Source: Eledone cirrhosa
Taxonomy: Eukaryota
DNA length: 64,000 nucleotides
Direction: 5' to 3'
Assembly (NCBI GenBank): GCA_964016885.1
Contig: OZ024740.1
Location: 301,320,001-301,384,000, forward strand
The position numbers and the translations under genes are program-made. Shown here piece after piece: positions 28,316 to 43,740 of this stretch (its first letter is position 1; each line of letters begins with the position of its first letter). The notes beneath the pieces are model-generated. The model was not told the origin of the DNA, did no database searches, and saw only the letters and a list, made by a program, of their open reading frames with translations.

Positions 28316-28787
28316 GTAAATATCTTTAAGTCGTTTGGAAGCCTCGACAATGTAAATGGGTAAATCTCCGGGTAACAAGATCCGGTGATGGAGAGAGAGA
28401 TGTAAGTGGGTGTATAAGACGTCTATAAGACGTGTAGAGGAATGAAGGAAAGAGTATAAAGGATAAAATAAAAATAACAACACGAGAGACAGTTACCTTG
28501 GGAGAGATTTAATTGTCCCTATATATTTCGGATTACACATCCATCAACTGGGTTTTTTTTTCTGGGGTGGGGGAAATGTTGTCTGTCGGAAACTCGCGAA
28601 ACGCGTCCTCCGCTGTTTGTTGTCTTGAATATCTTTCCTTCATTCCTTCATACCTCTACACGTCTTATACACGCCACGCATCTCAACGTACACCCACTTA
28701 CATCTCTCTCTCCACCACCGGATCTTGTTACCCGGAGATTTACCCATTTGCATTGTAGAGTCTTCCAAACGACTTAACGATATTTAC
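28316..28787. repeat. Fold-back element: ~140-bp inverted arms between (TA)n tracts
   Basis: GTAAATATCTTTAAGTCGTTTGGAAG...GGGTAAATCTCCGGGTAACAAGATCCGGTG is inverted at CACCGGATCTTGTTACCCGGAGATTTACCC...CTTCCAAACGACTTAACGATATTTAC. Confidence 0.92.
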
Positions 28788-28845
28788 CTATTATTCCACA
28801 ATGCTTCAAGCAAACTTCAATACTCTCATATATATATATATATAT

Positions 28846-28898
<53 letters not shown>

Positions 28899-28909
28899 GT
28901 ATATATATA

Positions 28910-29134
<225 letters not shown>

Positions 29135-31182
29135 GTAGATTCATACATAATTTATATATACTTATATACTTTACTGAATCAACATTAAATAGTGTATGCA
29201 GAGCGTAAAAGTTTAGTTTCCAAGTTTTAAATTGGCTGTTATTCTCAAGATATTGATCAATATAAATACGCCATTTCCGGCAATAAAAGGCGAAGTCAGA
29301 TGAAACGTCGCGGCTGGATTCGAAGAAACGTTCACCTTTCTCTAGAAATTATTATGTCTTAGTTTAAGATAATTAGTGTTTCCTGTTAGTGAAGATTGTG
29401 TCGCAATGTTATCGTAGACGCTGCTAATGATAATTTTTATTCTAGAAAAAATAGGTTATATAGCAGCTGTAGCTTCATAAATTATGTCTTCCCCATTCTA
29501 TTAGTTTGTCCTTTCGGCGATTACGTTTTGGAATTTAAGGATCATGACATATGGAAGGTGTCTGCAATCGATTCTGGACGTTTATAGTATAGTTCGCTTC
29601 CATTTTTGTGAATATTTTCTTTATGGGTCAGAGTAATCGAGGTTGTATTTCCTGGAGAGCTTTGGATTTCTTCAAGCTGTATTCACGTTCAGTTTTGTTA
29701 AATTGACTGCTTTATTTTACTGATATGGAAGCCATGTTTGGTACCGTGTCCAGTTGAGAAAATCATTTATAAACTTCTGTCATGAAAGATTAATGGTTTC
29801 GGCATGTACTCTATTTAATTGTGTTCGGTAGTACCTATCTCATTAGAAGCATATGATATTAAAAGTTACATGAAGGATTTTTTGGGGGGGGCCTACGTGA
29901 GACAGACCATTTTAGCGTGTGGTTGCCTCCGTTGGTGTTCCTTAATATTTAGACCATATAGAGTACATTATATTCATCCAAAATTTACATACCTTCAAAA
30001 AGGAAATTCTGTTTTCCGAATATAATTATTTCAAATACGTACATATTTTTAACAATATTATCTAAATTATTGAGATAAGTTTAACGCATAATGGAAATGT
30101 ACAAACATCGTAATAAGTTAGAAAGTGTTCAACACGGATATGATGATTAATTTTCTAGTCAGCACTAAATGTTATATCAATATAAATAATTCGTAAAGAA
30201 ATATATACTCAAAATTTGAAGGGTTCAGTCCCTGGGAATCTTTAACATTCAGTCGGCTATTAAAAGGAAAAATATGAAAATTTGTCCTAGAGTTTCTATC
30301 TTATACCCCCAATTAATTAAACGTAGAAACCTGTCGTTTTCCGTAGGAAAATTAAGATAAAAGCAACAAAACCAACGTAAAAATGTCAGTATGAAGAAAA
30401 GGATTTATCATATATGCCTTATTTAAAAACCAAAATAATGATGGTTATTCGCAGCACTTTGTCAGCAAATGATATGTAGACTATTGAAAAGGCGAGAAAA
30501 TTGACAATAAGTACATGTCATACATGCACAAACATAACCAAGAAGGGTGGGTGGGGGTGAGGTGGAGGGGAGAACTAATGTTATGTGTCAAAAATTACAC
30601 TTTGTGATAAGTATGGTATCTCATGGATTGTAGTGATGTTAAATTCCTTACCCAAGACGTTGTTACCACTTTCATTAAAGTGCTAATGCTTTCTAGTGCG
30701 TTAGTCGAAGGTACGTTAGTGGGACCTGAAGGATACTCGTTTGGACGTCACAGTTTTCCTCTTCTCACCTTACTTTCATTATACATACAGGTGATACATT
30801 TATCACAACCTGATGAAGGTTTGTTTAATCAAAGATTATAGGTAAATACTAAAAGTGAAAACTCACAGAGGTATATTTAAAGATTCTTTTTTTCTTTAAT
30901 CTGTCAGATTAAATAATCTTATAATTGTTACATCAAGTATATTTCAATTTTGCCAAATATTACCGGTTTCATTAACTATTTTTAAAAGTTTGTTCTCATA
31001 CAATACATTGTAAACTAAAACTATGGAATTCTTAGATATATTCGTTTCCATGGAAATATCTGGTATCTACACTTCCGTGCTACACGCCGCGAATTTCGAT
31101 ATGTTTAGCTTTATCAGGGGTTTTCCGTATCCTTCCGGAATTACTTCACATATCAGATCAATATTATTACAATCTTCTCGAT

Positions 31183-31370
31183 AGATTGGCAGTATCGGTA
31201 GAGGGTCAGACGCCATGCTTTGATACATAGAATTACGGCCCGTGCCATTCTGAGTTCGAATCCCGCCGAGGTTAACTTTACCTTTCATCCTTACCGGGTC
31301 GATAAAAAAAATTACCAGTAATGCGCTGGGATAATTGCTGGCCTTGTGCCAACATGTAGAAACAATTATT
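31183..31370 (+). mobile_element. tRNA-derived SINE copy
   Basis: Homologous to 21835-22025; B-box GTTCGAATC; flanking duplication ATTATT(A/G)CAATCTTCT. Confidence 0.9.
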
Positions 31371-33804
31371 GCAATCTTCTGCATCTCCTGCTCCATAATG
31401 ATTTGCTGCATTTGTAGATCATGATATATACTTGCCAATAGAATCATTATTCTGTATATACCAATCCGATCGACAGCTTCATCTCTTCTCTAACGCTGTA
31501 ATTTGTTTTATTAAATGTCAGAATTGTTATACCATGTTTATACTCGAAAGTGATTGAATGTCAGCATGTAAACCGATGATATTGAATCTCTGAAACGCAA
31601 CATAACTAGCAATTCCCAATCCCTTCTACATGTGCAAGTGCACCTCACATCTTTTCACAATCACCTGTCTTGTATATTCTATCACTTCCGTACTCATATG
31701 CATTGCTGTACATTCTCCTTCAGAATCTCTAACAGCATAATCCAACCACAGGAACATTTGATAATTCATCTATTCCTTCCATTAAGACATACAAAATAAC
31801 ACATATTTGCTTAGCCGCGCACTGAACCAATCACTCTGCTTTTCAATTTTAAAATCCTCACACATTCTTAATCTTACACATACAGTTTCCCGACCACCGC
31901 ATTTCAGTCACCATCCAGAGTTGTTTTGCACATCAGCGAAAATGTATCTACAATTCATTGCTAGAAATCGTACTCATCATTTTCACCGACCACGATCTTT
32001 ATTTTGTTCTAGATATCTTTATGATTGTGTGCGTGTGTCTGTGTATGTGTGCGAGTGTATGAATGTGTGTGGCTGTATTTTCACAAGTATGAATAACCAT
32101 CCTTGTTAAACGAGTGTCGAAATATATGTACACTATTTCCATATTTGAGATATGATATGAAATATGTTAATTTCTAAAACACACAACTTAAAATTCATGG
32201 TGTATAACATATTTTGTGCATAGACATTTTTTTAAACAAATCAATTTTCGAAAATATTGAGTCGTAGCAGGATTAACTAAAACTAGCAGGTAATTCCAAT
32301 CCTACTATATTGTAACTAGATCAGACTGGAATATTTAGTCCAAAATGTTCAATGCTCCACATAAAATATAGGTAGTAACAACATGAATTTACTTGATAAT
32401 GAAGGCATCCCATTCAGATATGACTTAAGTTTAATCAACAACAATAATAACATCAACAAGAACATAACTTTTCTAATCAAAATATTGCCATGTATAACCG
32501 AAATGATAAGCTTACAACAGAGATATACTATTATTAGGAGGCGTTAGCAATTAAACAATCTATATATAGATATTGGAAAAAAACTCAATAGAATATTATA
32601 ATGCACTTAACACATAGGATGTTAATGCCCTTTTGCACTGGAAATTTTTTCTGGAAATTTTCGGGCCAAGTTTATATATATATTCTAAGGAAATCATAAT
32701 GTCTGTCTGAATTACAAACTGTATTAAATAGCTAACAGCTGCAACATTGTTCCTTTAATGCAATAGAGTGGAATAGGCTAAAAACACACAATTGCCAGAC
32801 GTCGGTGATGGTTATTGTGGCGCAAAATTGTATTGACTTGCCTTGACTTATCTTTATACGGTTGAAATATATTGATTCTGTATATATTTTCATGCGCATA
32901 GCATTTGTCATCTGCCATTCACAGTAACAAATATGCTAATTTAATGAAGCTTAACGTTCGCAGATCTCTAGGCAATTCCATTCTACATCACTGCTTTCGA
33001 CAACTGTATTTTCCTGACTTAGTATTACTTATATTTTCGGCAAAGTTTTCTAACAGGAAGAAACACATAATAGCTATGTGCTAATGATTCTAAACTTTAC
33101 AATATTGCCATGGATACTGAATTGTAAAGGTCGGTATCAAGCAACGACTTCTGGTTGAGATAAATTTCATCTAATCAAAATCAAAGTAAATTAAATGCAG
33201 GGAGGACATTTCAGATTGCCTAATATCTAATATCAAACACCCAACACCGTCTTCAAAAGACTATAGTGCAAAGATATCGAATTGTTAATTTTATGCGTTG
33301 CTAGATTTTATTGAAATGCATTCACATCTACAACAGATGAGATTAAATTCTTTTCACACATAAATAAGCCATTATTATTTATAATTATTGAATATTCAGC
33401 ACGTATTTGCTAGTACTGAATAGTATTAGACAAGATGCATGTGAAAAGAATACGTGTTTCGTTTGCTGTACACTAGATTCGTGTTACTAATCCTGGTGGA
33501 TTATGAACAAAAGCTATTCTTCGAATACCTTTTATGCTGCTATATATATATGTGGAGATTTGTTGCACGAGAGAACAGTTAGTATAGTTTATAACAGTGT
33601 GATGAAATATATGAATAATTCGCTGTTCATATCGTGTTAATTTCATTCGGTTCTCTTATCGGCCAAGACAATAGACAACATTTTTCAAACATTACAATAA
33701 ACAGCTAAACGTGCTGGCGTTACTTTTCCAGTATTCCTCCAGCTTCTTTACGCTAACAAACCTACATCAAAATGTTAATTGATTATTTTCAATATTGTAA
33801 TACC

Positions 33805-33805
<1 letters not shown>

Positions 33806-33881
<76 letters not shown>
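33806..33881. repeat. (ACT)n microsatellite
   Basis: Direct read. Confidence 0.99.
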
Positions 33882-33929
33882 CTTTTCCTCCCACTTATTT
33901 TTGTCATCCTACTCCGTCTTATTCTTCTC

Positions 33930-34372
33930 CCTCCTCCTCCTTCTTCTGCTTCTTCATCTCCCTGAGAAAGTCCTGGGAGCAGAGTACTCAAACAGTTTTT
34001 CAAATGAGTTTTGTCAGAAGCAACCGTCTCCGACTGATCCGGCTGGATCCCCAAGCAAGACCAGCCGATCCCATGGATGTTATCCAAATACATGCTTGGG
34101 CCTTCCTCGAGGTCTCTTGCCGGAAGTTTTGCCTGTCTTTTGATTATGTCATGAGACATTCTAACCATAAACCCATAATATCGGAACGGAATCACTCATT
34201 TTGGGTCTACCTGGAATGGTCCACTGTTGTATATGCTAAGCACTCTATCGGGTGATGTTACTTCAATGACCCTTTGGAGGAACTCCGCTTCAGCCATTTG
34301 TATTTGGGATCATAATCGTTTGGTCATTACCCAGTATTCATGATTATAGTTAACGATTGGCACGAATAGCGA
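33930..34372 (-). mobile_element. Decayed 3' fragment of an RTE-like LINE
   Basis: Minus-strand FRYYGFMVRM resembles the RTE 'LRWFGHV.RM' motif; short GAA/GAG repeat tail at the 3' end. Confidence 0.45.
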
Positions 34373-36156
34373 ATTGAAGACAGTGAATGCGTATTCATAC
34401 TCATTGAAATAATCATTACTGTTTACGCACTTCATATATGTAACGGAATATGTTGCTGTCTAGCTACAGCTCAATCTTGATGAAGCAGCTATACGATAAA
34501 AGTCTCTCTGGTCATATGATATCCTGTGTAAAATAAATGACACATTTGGATAATGCTGAATAACAATCATTGAACTTAAAGAAAGGAGAAGCATTTGACA
34601 TCGCTGAAATTCGAACTCGGACGTATTAGGGAAAAATCAAACGCATTTATCCTTGCAAAATATATATCCCAAAGAGTTAGATTTTTTGATTTCGAAAACA
34701 ATTACACCTATTGTAATTACATATAAACAATGTTGACACGATGTTGACAATTTACATCAATGTAAGTCTATTTGGATGCAGGTTTACCAAACGATAGTAT
34801 CGAGTTGTGAGATTCAGATTCATAAGAGAGTGCTTCGAGAGAACAGTATTTATATTAAAACTCCAGCAATAATGTTATTAGTTAACCCTCATACATTCTT
34901 ACTAATGTACAATTTTTTCGGAAGAAGTAAATTATGACGTCTTAGGTTTAGATAATATGTACTCTTGTAGAAAGAAATAGTGTTACCTGAATCAACATCA
35001 TTATCATTATAAATCTACACATTATACCCTCATTGTTGTTAACAATGTCGGCTTTTTAGTATAGAAATAAAAATAATGATTTATTATGATACTCTGAACT
35101 ATTTAGCACATAAATAACAACAGTTTGAATAATGTGACATTGGACTGATGAAAAATATTTCGAGCTCAATGTAAATATTGGGATGAATAAGGACAAAGGG
35201 CCATATTCCATAGCACGCCGAATATCATTAGGTTAGATGAATTAATAGCAATGCAATCTAAAATTTGGAAATGTAAACCTTAGAAACATAACGTCATATA
35301 GCATTAGTACAATACATTCTCTCGTGAGGTTTGTGTTTGATTGTTAGAAGATACAGACTTATTTTTCCCGAAGTAAGTTAGTCTAAATTGGGCATGTAAA
35401 GCCTGAAGACTGCATGAAAAAGAACGGCACCACACCACTATTTTACTTATTAAATAGCCTCTAACATTCAAATTCAATACTACAACAGCTCAACGTTTTA
35501 AAAAATACATTGTTTACATATTCAATTATTGTTTTGAAGTGATTGCTGTAACTTAATATGCGATAAATTTGGAAACACACAAAAATGCTTTGAATAACGC
35601 TATATAAGTGTGTTTATAAATGTCGTCACACAGTGTCATTAGAGCATATATATTTGATACGAATGATGCCGATGCAGTCGATCAGTTTTTGTTTCTATTT
35701 GTTTTATCAAGCAAGCATCTACAAAATAAAACTCGTTACGTTGAATGTAAAATATCGTAATACGTTGATGTTTTTTCCAATTTTGTCAATACGCTACCTT
35801 CAGTAACTCGTAAATATATCAAGCATAGTCCGTTTACTACTTGATAATTGAATGGGAATGCACATTTTGTACTTGATGCAAAAGTAGCGTGGAAACGTTT
35901 GTAGCAGAAGAAATAAACAGACCCGCACCCATATAATTATCTAAACAAAATAGGTTCTTTAATTTGCAAGAAGTGCCATATACATGATTAACCAAAATCG
36001 TTATAGTGTTATAGCTATTATGATTCTTAATCGGAGTGATAGACTAAGGAAAACATAGATAACAAATAAAAAAAAACAACAATAAAATAAATATTCAGCC
36101 TGCATTCATAATATTGACCGAAACCTCAAAGCAGTAAATGAATTGAATATATATAT

Positions 36157-36248
<92 letters not shown>

Positions 36249-36656
36249 TAGAATTTAGGATTTAGCTTCACGCATAGTTGTATACAGATATATATATAAA
36301 TATCGTATTTCTAAAGACATCCGCTATGTTTATAAATAAACATTTAGAAAGCCATAGCTATGAATAACACACTGCCAGCTGACGCCACAAGGTGGTTCCC
36401 GGCTGGAGCAAGGGGGACAATTAGGGATGCATTTCGAACTGAACTGGTACTCGTCAGGGTCATTTCTCCCGCTCCTGCAACCGCAAGACTTTGAAAAAAG
36501 TATATACATTCTTTTTTCGTCTGTGTAATTGAGATGACTAATAAAATTAATAAAATTAAATTAATCATGGATAATATGTCAACTATAAACATATGATTGT
36601 TAAACGTCTCCCCTTATCTTAAGTTACATTTTATTAAATATTAATTAAAAGATCTT

Positions 36657-36850
36657 GGGCGGTGGATTGGCAGTATCGGTAGAGAGTCGGATGCCATGCT
36701 TTGCAGCATAGATTTACGGCCCTTTATGATCTGAGTTCAAATCCCGCTGAGGTTAACTTTGCCTTTCATCCTTACGGGGCCAATAAAATAAAGTACCAGT
36801 AATGTACTTAGATAATTGCTGGCCTTGTGTCAAAAGTAGAAACAATTAAT
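36657..36850 (+). mobile_element. tRNA-derived SINE copy
   Basis: A-box TGGCAGTATCGG, B-box GTTCAAATC; flanking duplication ATTAATTAAAAGATCTTG. Confidence 0.92.
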
Positions 36851-37100
36851 TAAAAGATCTTGCAGAAATAAAGGCCGATGTCTTAGAACTAAAAAGAAAT
36901 CACATTCCTAACAGGGACATAAAATAAAACACAAAATTTGTAAATGATTAATAATCATAACAGACGTACATAACATATCATACATATCATACTAAGATAT
37001 TAGCAACAAGTGGTTATTTACAAACAAAAATAATGATGAAAAGCTAGGTTTAAAAAAATAATAAAAAAGAGTATTGAATGTAGCACATTATTAATTTTTC

Positions 37101-37242
37101 TGCATAGTTACGTCCCTTTACGGTCTGAGTTCAAATCCCGCCGAGGTTGACTTTGCCTTTCATCCTTACGGGGTCGATAAAATAAAGTACCAGTAATGCA
37201 CTGGGTAATTGCTGGCCTTGTGCCTACAGTAGAAACAATTAT
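37101..37242 (+). mobile_element. 5'-truncated SINE copy
   Basis: Same core and tail; flanking duplication ATTATTAATTTTT(T)CTG. Confidence 0.9.
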
Positions 37243-38385
37243 TAATTTTTCTGAACAAAACTTTTAAAAATATATAATGATTCATAATATAATTTTAAAT
37301 TGAAGGCTATCTGGAATAACAAAAACAATTAATAACATTTTATGTTTGTTGTTTCGAAGATGTGACTGTGCATACGTGCGTGTAACATATACATTAAAAT
37401 TACATATATTTTACACTATGCCAGAATGCTTAGGTTTTTTTTTCAGTTGGGGGAACGTGTCAGTGCCGATGACTTTTGATGCTGCAACTTGATGTATATA
37501 TCGTTCACCAAGAAGGCGATACGACGTCTCTTTAATAAAGAAAAGGGATTGAAAATGAATTACTATATACCTGAATGTTGTAAAGATGCATCAGGGGGTG
37601 TAGGCATAATTACCTTCTGAATCTCAAGAGACAATGCAGTCTTTCAGGTGCAACTTGTAGATATGAGATTTGTGTATCTTATGCAGCACAGTAGCATGGT
37701 TAATATTCGTGGAGGGTGATTAAAACATAAGTTAGATGAATAACAGTGAATATACAAACAAATATGAAATCACACAGGGATATGTCGTTTCATATTAAGA
37801 GGGTGATTAAGGGAAATTAGTCAAGTATTATCGCCAATAGCGGTTAGTACACTTTTTAAATATTGTATACAGTAATTAGAGTCACGGATGATATTTGAAT
37901 AAAAGTGGGCATTTTACGCAGGAAAACGTGTTATATGACGCGAACGTATTCTATGTAGATGGATAATAATACAATTTCTGAGAATCAATTCAAAATTGTG
38001 AACACAATGACGAATTGTATGCACGCCGCACGTATAAACATGAATTGCATTACAGCATTACTTGTCTGCTCTGAAAGGTACAAGGTATTCAAAAAATTGT
38101 CATGTTGCACATTGCCATGAGGCAACCATGAGGAATACTGTAACATGACACAAAATATAGCTGTTTGGATGCCAACAATGGATAGATTGAAATAAAAGGG
38201 AAACGTCTTAGGCATCCGTAAAATTGTCGCATGAAACATTCTGAAGCACACATGACAATATAATAATAATGGTAATAATTATGATGATGCTGATGATGAT
38301 GATGGTGGTGATGATGATGAGGAGGAGGAGGAAGAGGGGGTAATGATGGGGATGGGGTGAGGAGGAGGAGGATGGTGATAATGGT

Positions 38386-38740
38386 CATTTCTTTATTGGA
38401 CCCCGAGCCCGGCATATAAAGGACAAAACAAAAAATGGGGACAATGGGGTTTTACAAACTGAATCGAATGGAAATATAAAATATTAACAATAAACAATAT
38501 AACTGTAAAAATAAAATTCCCGAATCGTAGTGTACATCACAGGCATGACGTAAGAACTACACCAATCTTAAACAATCCGATGCTCCAAGAGTAACCTAGG
38601 AGGGTACCAGTCTGCTTAAAGCCACAAAGTTACACAGACCCATTCTTGCAATATTCAGCCATCTTTCAGCGAATTTACTGGGGCAGAACTTCACTTTCCC
38701 CCGATAATCCCTTTCCAGTTGGAGCCTTTATATTTCGTAA
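38386..38740 (-). mobile_element. 3' end of a second, older Tx1-like LINE family; decayed body may extend to ~39750
   Basis: Minus-strand ...FCPSKFAERWLNIARM matches the ORF2 end of the full element (...FYERWVIVARM). The 3' UTR ends AATAAAGAAAT, followed by ATC/TCC triplet repeats. Confidence 0.7.
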
Positions 38741-41700
38741 CTTTGTTGATGAACATATTCAACTATTATTTTGGTGTGAAATGGAAAAAAATATGAGACT
38801 GAAGTTATATTCTTTGCTACATATATTATACAATTTTTGCGGTTTCTCGTTCTTTACATTTGCTTATAACTTCATTTGTTTCAGACCCAGAGTAAATAGA
38901 TTTTGCTTTAATAAAATACAAATTATTGTATGCTTCTGTTTTATTCTTCAAAGGTATTTTCATTTACACCAGATATTCATTAACCCAATTCTTGATTTAA
39001 CCTATTTTTCAAAGCTTCAACAATTTAATCACATGTTGTGCTTATTATTATATTTATTCATTTCTTATTTCTCCTAGCTTGTCATATCTATAATACGTGC
39101 GAATGCTCTGTTGAGATAGCTTAACATATTTTTTTATCGATTTGTTCTTATTCCTCACATTTGAATTATATTATCGATAGCAAATTCTACATAACTCGTT
39201 ATTCTTATTCTTGAATTGATTTCAGTTATTTTATCTATCATATCTAATAAGTTCAAAGAGAAACGCACTGGGTAAATATTCACATTCAGTTTGTAATTAT
39301 TATTTCCAAATTTATTTTTATCATTTCCTAATACATTTTCAAATATTGACTTAACATGTTATTCTTTTGTTTTGTGTGTATATATCAAATCATATAAGCT
39401 ATATTTCACTTTTCGCCATAGCATAGATGTACTTGATAATACGTACCATTTACTAAAATATATAGTATGTAATAATAATATAATGCCAAACATGCTACAA
39501 ATGTACATAATAAATATAGACAACCAAGAAATCCAAGTGTTAATAATTACATCTTTACCGACATCGAAAATTGCAATACTAATTATAACTTGAGTGGATT
39601 TGGCCGCAAGACTGAAAGAAGTGAAACAAAATATTTTTAACATTTTCTCCGTCACACAATACAATCAACACATTGGTAGTGCCTCCTCCTCAGCCAGCTG
39701 TTTCTGTTTTATCATTTACTCACATATTTGCCACACATGTTACAGTATGTGTGCTACAATATACTCATAAATCGAAGGGATAATTGCATGATTAAATTTC
39801 TTGCAAACTGACTCAATTTATATTCATGTCTATTAAATAATTCTGTAATTCAATATATTACGCGAAAAGGAGAGTACATTTGAGATACCGAAATGTTCCC
39901 GATAATATATTATATGCGAATATTTAAACAATATTGGAAGAAAATCATTCATGAGGCAGAGGCATTAAATAAGCGTGAATTGTGTGCAACAAAAATTTAA
40001 GATTCAAAAGAAAAGTGAATATTTGAAAGTGTATATATATTTTATTTAGGCGTACAATATTTTTAAACATATATGCAGTGTGTTATAGAAAGTGTAAACA
40101 CATTTGGAAAAGTAAACACTTTTTGCTTTATCTTTCTGGGAAGTTTCGATTCCTTTTGGAACATGAATTTGTTGTTTAAGCACCGACGGACATTTTATAT
40201 TTTGTTATTAAATTATTGATATCACTAAACGGAAAATTCGATTTGCATATATAGTGTATTATTAATATATTAAGCAAAGCATAGACCCGTGGAAAATAAA
40301 TCATTTGATTACTTAAATATAGGCCTTTACAACAAATGGAGTAGGCAAAGAACAGATCACTCAATTAACTGTTATCTACTTTAGAATGTGTATTTGACAA
40401 TTATTCCGATACAATCTATTGTTTTATTTTGTGGTCGTTGAAATTACATTATATTTGTTAAGAGATTCTATGGTATTACTTTGATTGATAGAAATTTTTC
40501 TTCGAAATATGAACTCTGAAAGCATGGTGAATTAAACATTCTTAATTCATTTATTAATTTTCTGTGGATCACAGGTAATTCCATTGTCTAGATAGAAGTT
40601 TAGAGTATATAGGATATGATCTAGAATCGCAATAATATTTGTATACTTAACTTGTCAAATCTCCAATTAACTAACCCACATGTCGAGATGTATAAATGTA
40701 ATATGTGTAACTAAAGCACACATTAAAATGTAAATGGTATTAATTTTTATTACAAGAAAACCGCTAACATTAGATGGGTACAATATAAAGCAAACAACTT
40801 TGTAGAATTATATTAAGGAAATAAAATGCAAATTATTTAACGTTTTTTCATTCATATGGTGAGTGAAAATATTAAATAATTATGGGAAATTACATTACAG
40901 ACAATATTCGCATAATTCTGGGTATTCATTGGTTAATATAAAAGTTTCATTGCCAAATCTGACGTTATAATTTAATATATCAAACTAAAAATGGTATTTG
41001 AATGATATTTGAGCAGCTGCTTCATTCTTATTAATACAGAATTTGTATATGAACATCATATCAATAGGTACACTTCTTCATGAATTTAAATAATATTCAG
41101 CTAGTCTGAGCACTTAAATGCAAAAACATATTATGTACATTTTGAATATTTTATCTTCAGCATCTCTAACTATATATGTTTGTGTGTTCCCGTATGTTTT
41201 GTTTACAATATGGCTGTGCCAACGAGAGCCTCGAAGGTGATTATAGAGGGAGGGGGCTTATCCTGTTGCCTACCCCTCTAGATTGTCTCCATTGTACGTT
41301 TATGGGATACCTACAAAATACAATCAAAAAATTTAATATAGGAAATTTGACAGTGTTAAAGTAAATAGCTAATATATGATATGCAGATATTTATGCAGGT
41401 ATATACTGATTGTGGTATATACGTGCACACATCCAATAGTAGAAATAGTTGGTTGGAAGTAACGTCCGTTAATGGTGTGTGCGCAAAGAGGTTTAAGTAT
41501 GCAGTTATTTCACAGGCACATATATATATAAAGAGAAGCTTTCGCCGTACTTTTTACTAAAGGAATTTTAGCCTGATAGTGGGGTTTAGAATCCGCTTCG
41601 TAATGGAAAAAGATGTGTATTGGGGTACAACGTCAAAAGTACAGTGAAAGCTGCTATTTCTAATTTCAAACTCGCTCGCTCTTTCGAAACATTCTTACAC

Positions 41701-42011
41701 TTTATATATATATATAAAGTGTAAACCCTCGTAAACCCCCGCTGTAAACCAGCGTAAACCCCCGCTGAAAATGTTTTCCCTTCGAAATGAAACATTTAAA
41801 CCACAGGTAAATGGCACGATATGATGCCTATTCCCAAAATTTCAGCAAATTGCAATAATATTAAGACACCCTAATGGGGGTTAAACCTCCATTAGTGAAA
41901 ATTTTGGACAATAAATGGAAGAAAATGTTTGTCACAAGGTTGCATGAGAACTATGTGTGCCCGCTGGGCGATATTTGTATTTGTATTTGTATATATATAA
42001 ATATATATATA

Positions 42012-42094
<83 letters not shown>

Positions 42095-42129
42095 GTGTGT
42101 GGGTGTGTGTGTGTGTGTGGGGGGGGGTA

Positions 42130-42586
<457 letters not shown>

Positions 42587-42669
42587 AAGATGTGTGAAAT
42601 CCTTGGTACAGTTAGGTATATTAAAAAAAAATGAAAAGAATGACTTCACTTGTACTTCTAAACAATTAG

Positions 42670-42810
42670 ATGTAATTTTTTAATTTTATGATTTGGCAGA
42701 TCTAGTAAGTTCTCTGTTAACTTCGGGGCGAATAATTTTAAGATTCCTGGTTAACTTTCCTGGAGAACTTTCCGGCATTCGTCGGTGACGATACTCGAGC
42801 TGGATCAGGT
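42670..42810 (-). repeat. Dispersed repeat, homologous to 56350-56490 (+)
   Basis: CTGGTTAACTTTCCTGGAGAA and TGTTAACTTCGG here; TTCTCCAGGAAAGTTAACCAG and CCGAAGTTAACA at ~56381-56435. Confidence 0.8.
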
Positions 42811-43155
42811 TGTTTTGTCTATGTGACTCTATATCTAACAGAGATTTGGGTGTATCTGTCTTTTAATGAGTACAAACCAATACTGAACACACAAAAATGA
42901 TATTCCATCTTCAAATAACGGAATTCTCCCCCCTTTCTCTTTTCTTTAAAAATTCGCATATTGAAAAAAGAAAAAAATATCCAAATAGAAGTGGATGACA
43001 CCCGCACTTTCAAATATTCGATCGTTGAAGAGGATGCATGTACGTCTGTAGGTGTATAGATATTTGTATACATGTGTGTGTATGTACGTGTGCATGTGTG
43101 TGTATTTATGAATATAAGTGTATATATGTGCATTCATATGTTTATATATATATAC

Positions 43156-43197
<42 letters not shown>

Positions 43198-43282
43198 TTG
43201 TAAGTATGTGTATTCACATATATGTGTAGATATGTATATGGGTGTGAGTATATGTAGGAATATATGTAGGAATATATATACT

Positions 43283-43740
43283 GAACCTCTACTCCTTGGA
43301 ACGAAGACGGGAGAGATACGCTGTGATATACATGTGGAAATTCCTGGAGGGACTAGCACCAAACTTTGTCATTGAGGGCTGGACCAATCCCCGAATAAGA
43401 CGCCACTGTGGTGCCAAAGGTCTCGTCTTCAACATGTAGAATAAGGAGCAGATATTGCAATAGCCTGGGGTTCAAGTGCCGTTTACCTCTTCAACAAGCT
43501 GCCGAGGGATCTGAGAGATCTGTATGGTGTGGATGTGGATGTTTTCAAGAAACATCTCGACACCTTGCTATCCACAATCCCGGATGAGCCCACAGCATGG
43601 CACGAGGGAAACCTAAGGGCAGCAGCAACGAACTCACTTTTGCACCAGTGGCCAACCAATACAGGCTGGAAATAAAACGTGTAGCAACAAGGGCGGTGCC
43701 CAGCATGGCCTCAGCCGGATGCCTAGAACAGATAAAAGAG
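43283..43740 (+). mobile_element. CR1/L2-group LINE 3' fragment
   Basis: NLYSLERRRERYAVIYMWKFLEGLAPNF and DVFKKHLDTLLSTIPDEP...RAAATNSL; 3' end GGCGGTGCCCAGCATGGCC...GATAAAAGA. Confidence 0.8.

Noticed and set aside
29300-30020. Possible decayed PLE coding remnant on the minus strand (IIYEAT patch)
   Set aside because: Too degenerate to support by eye; needs a translated search.
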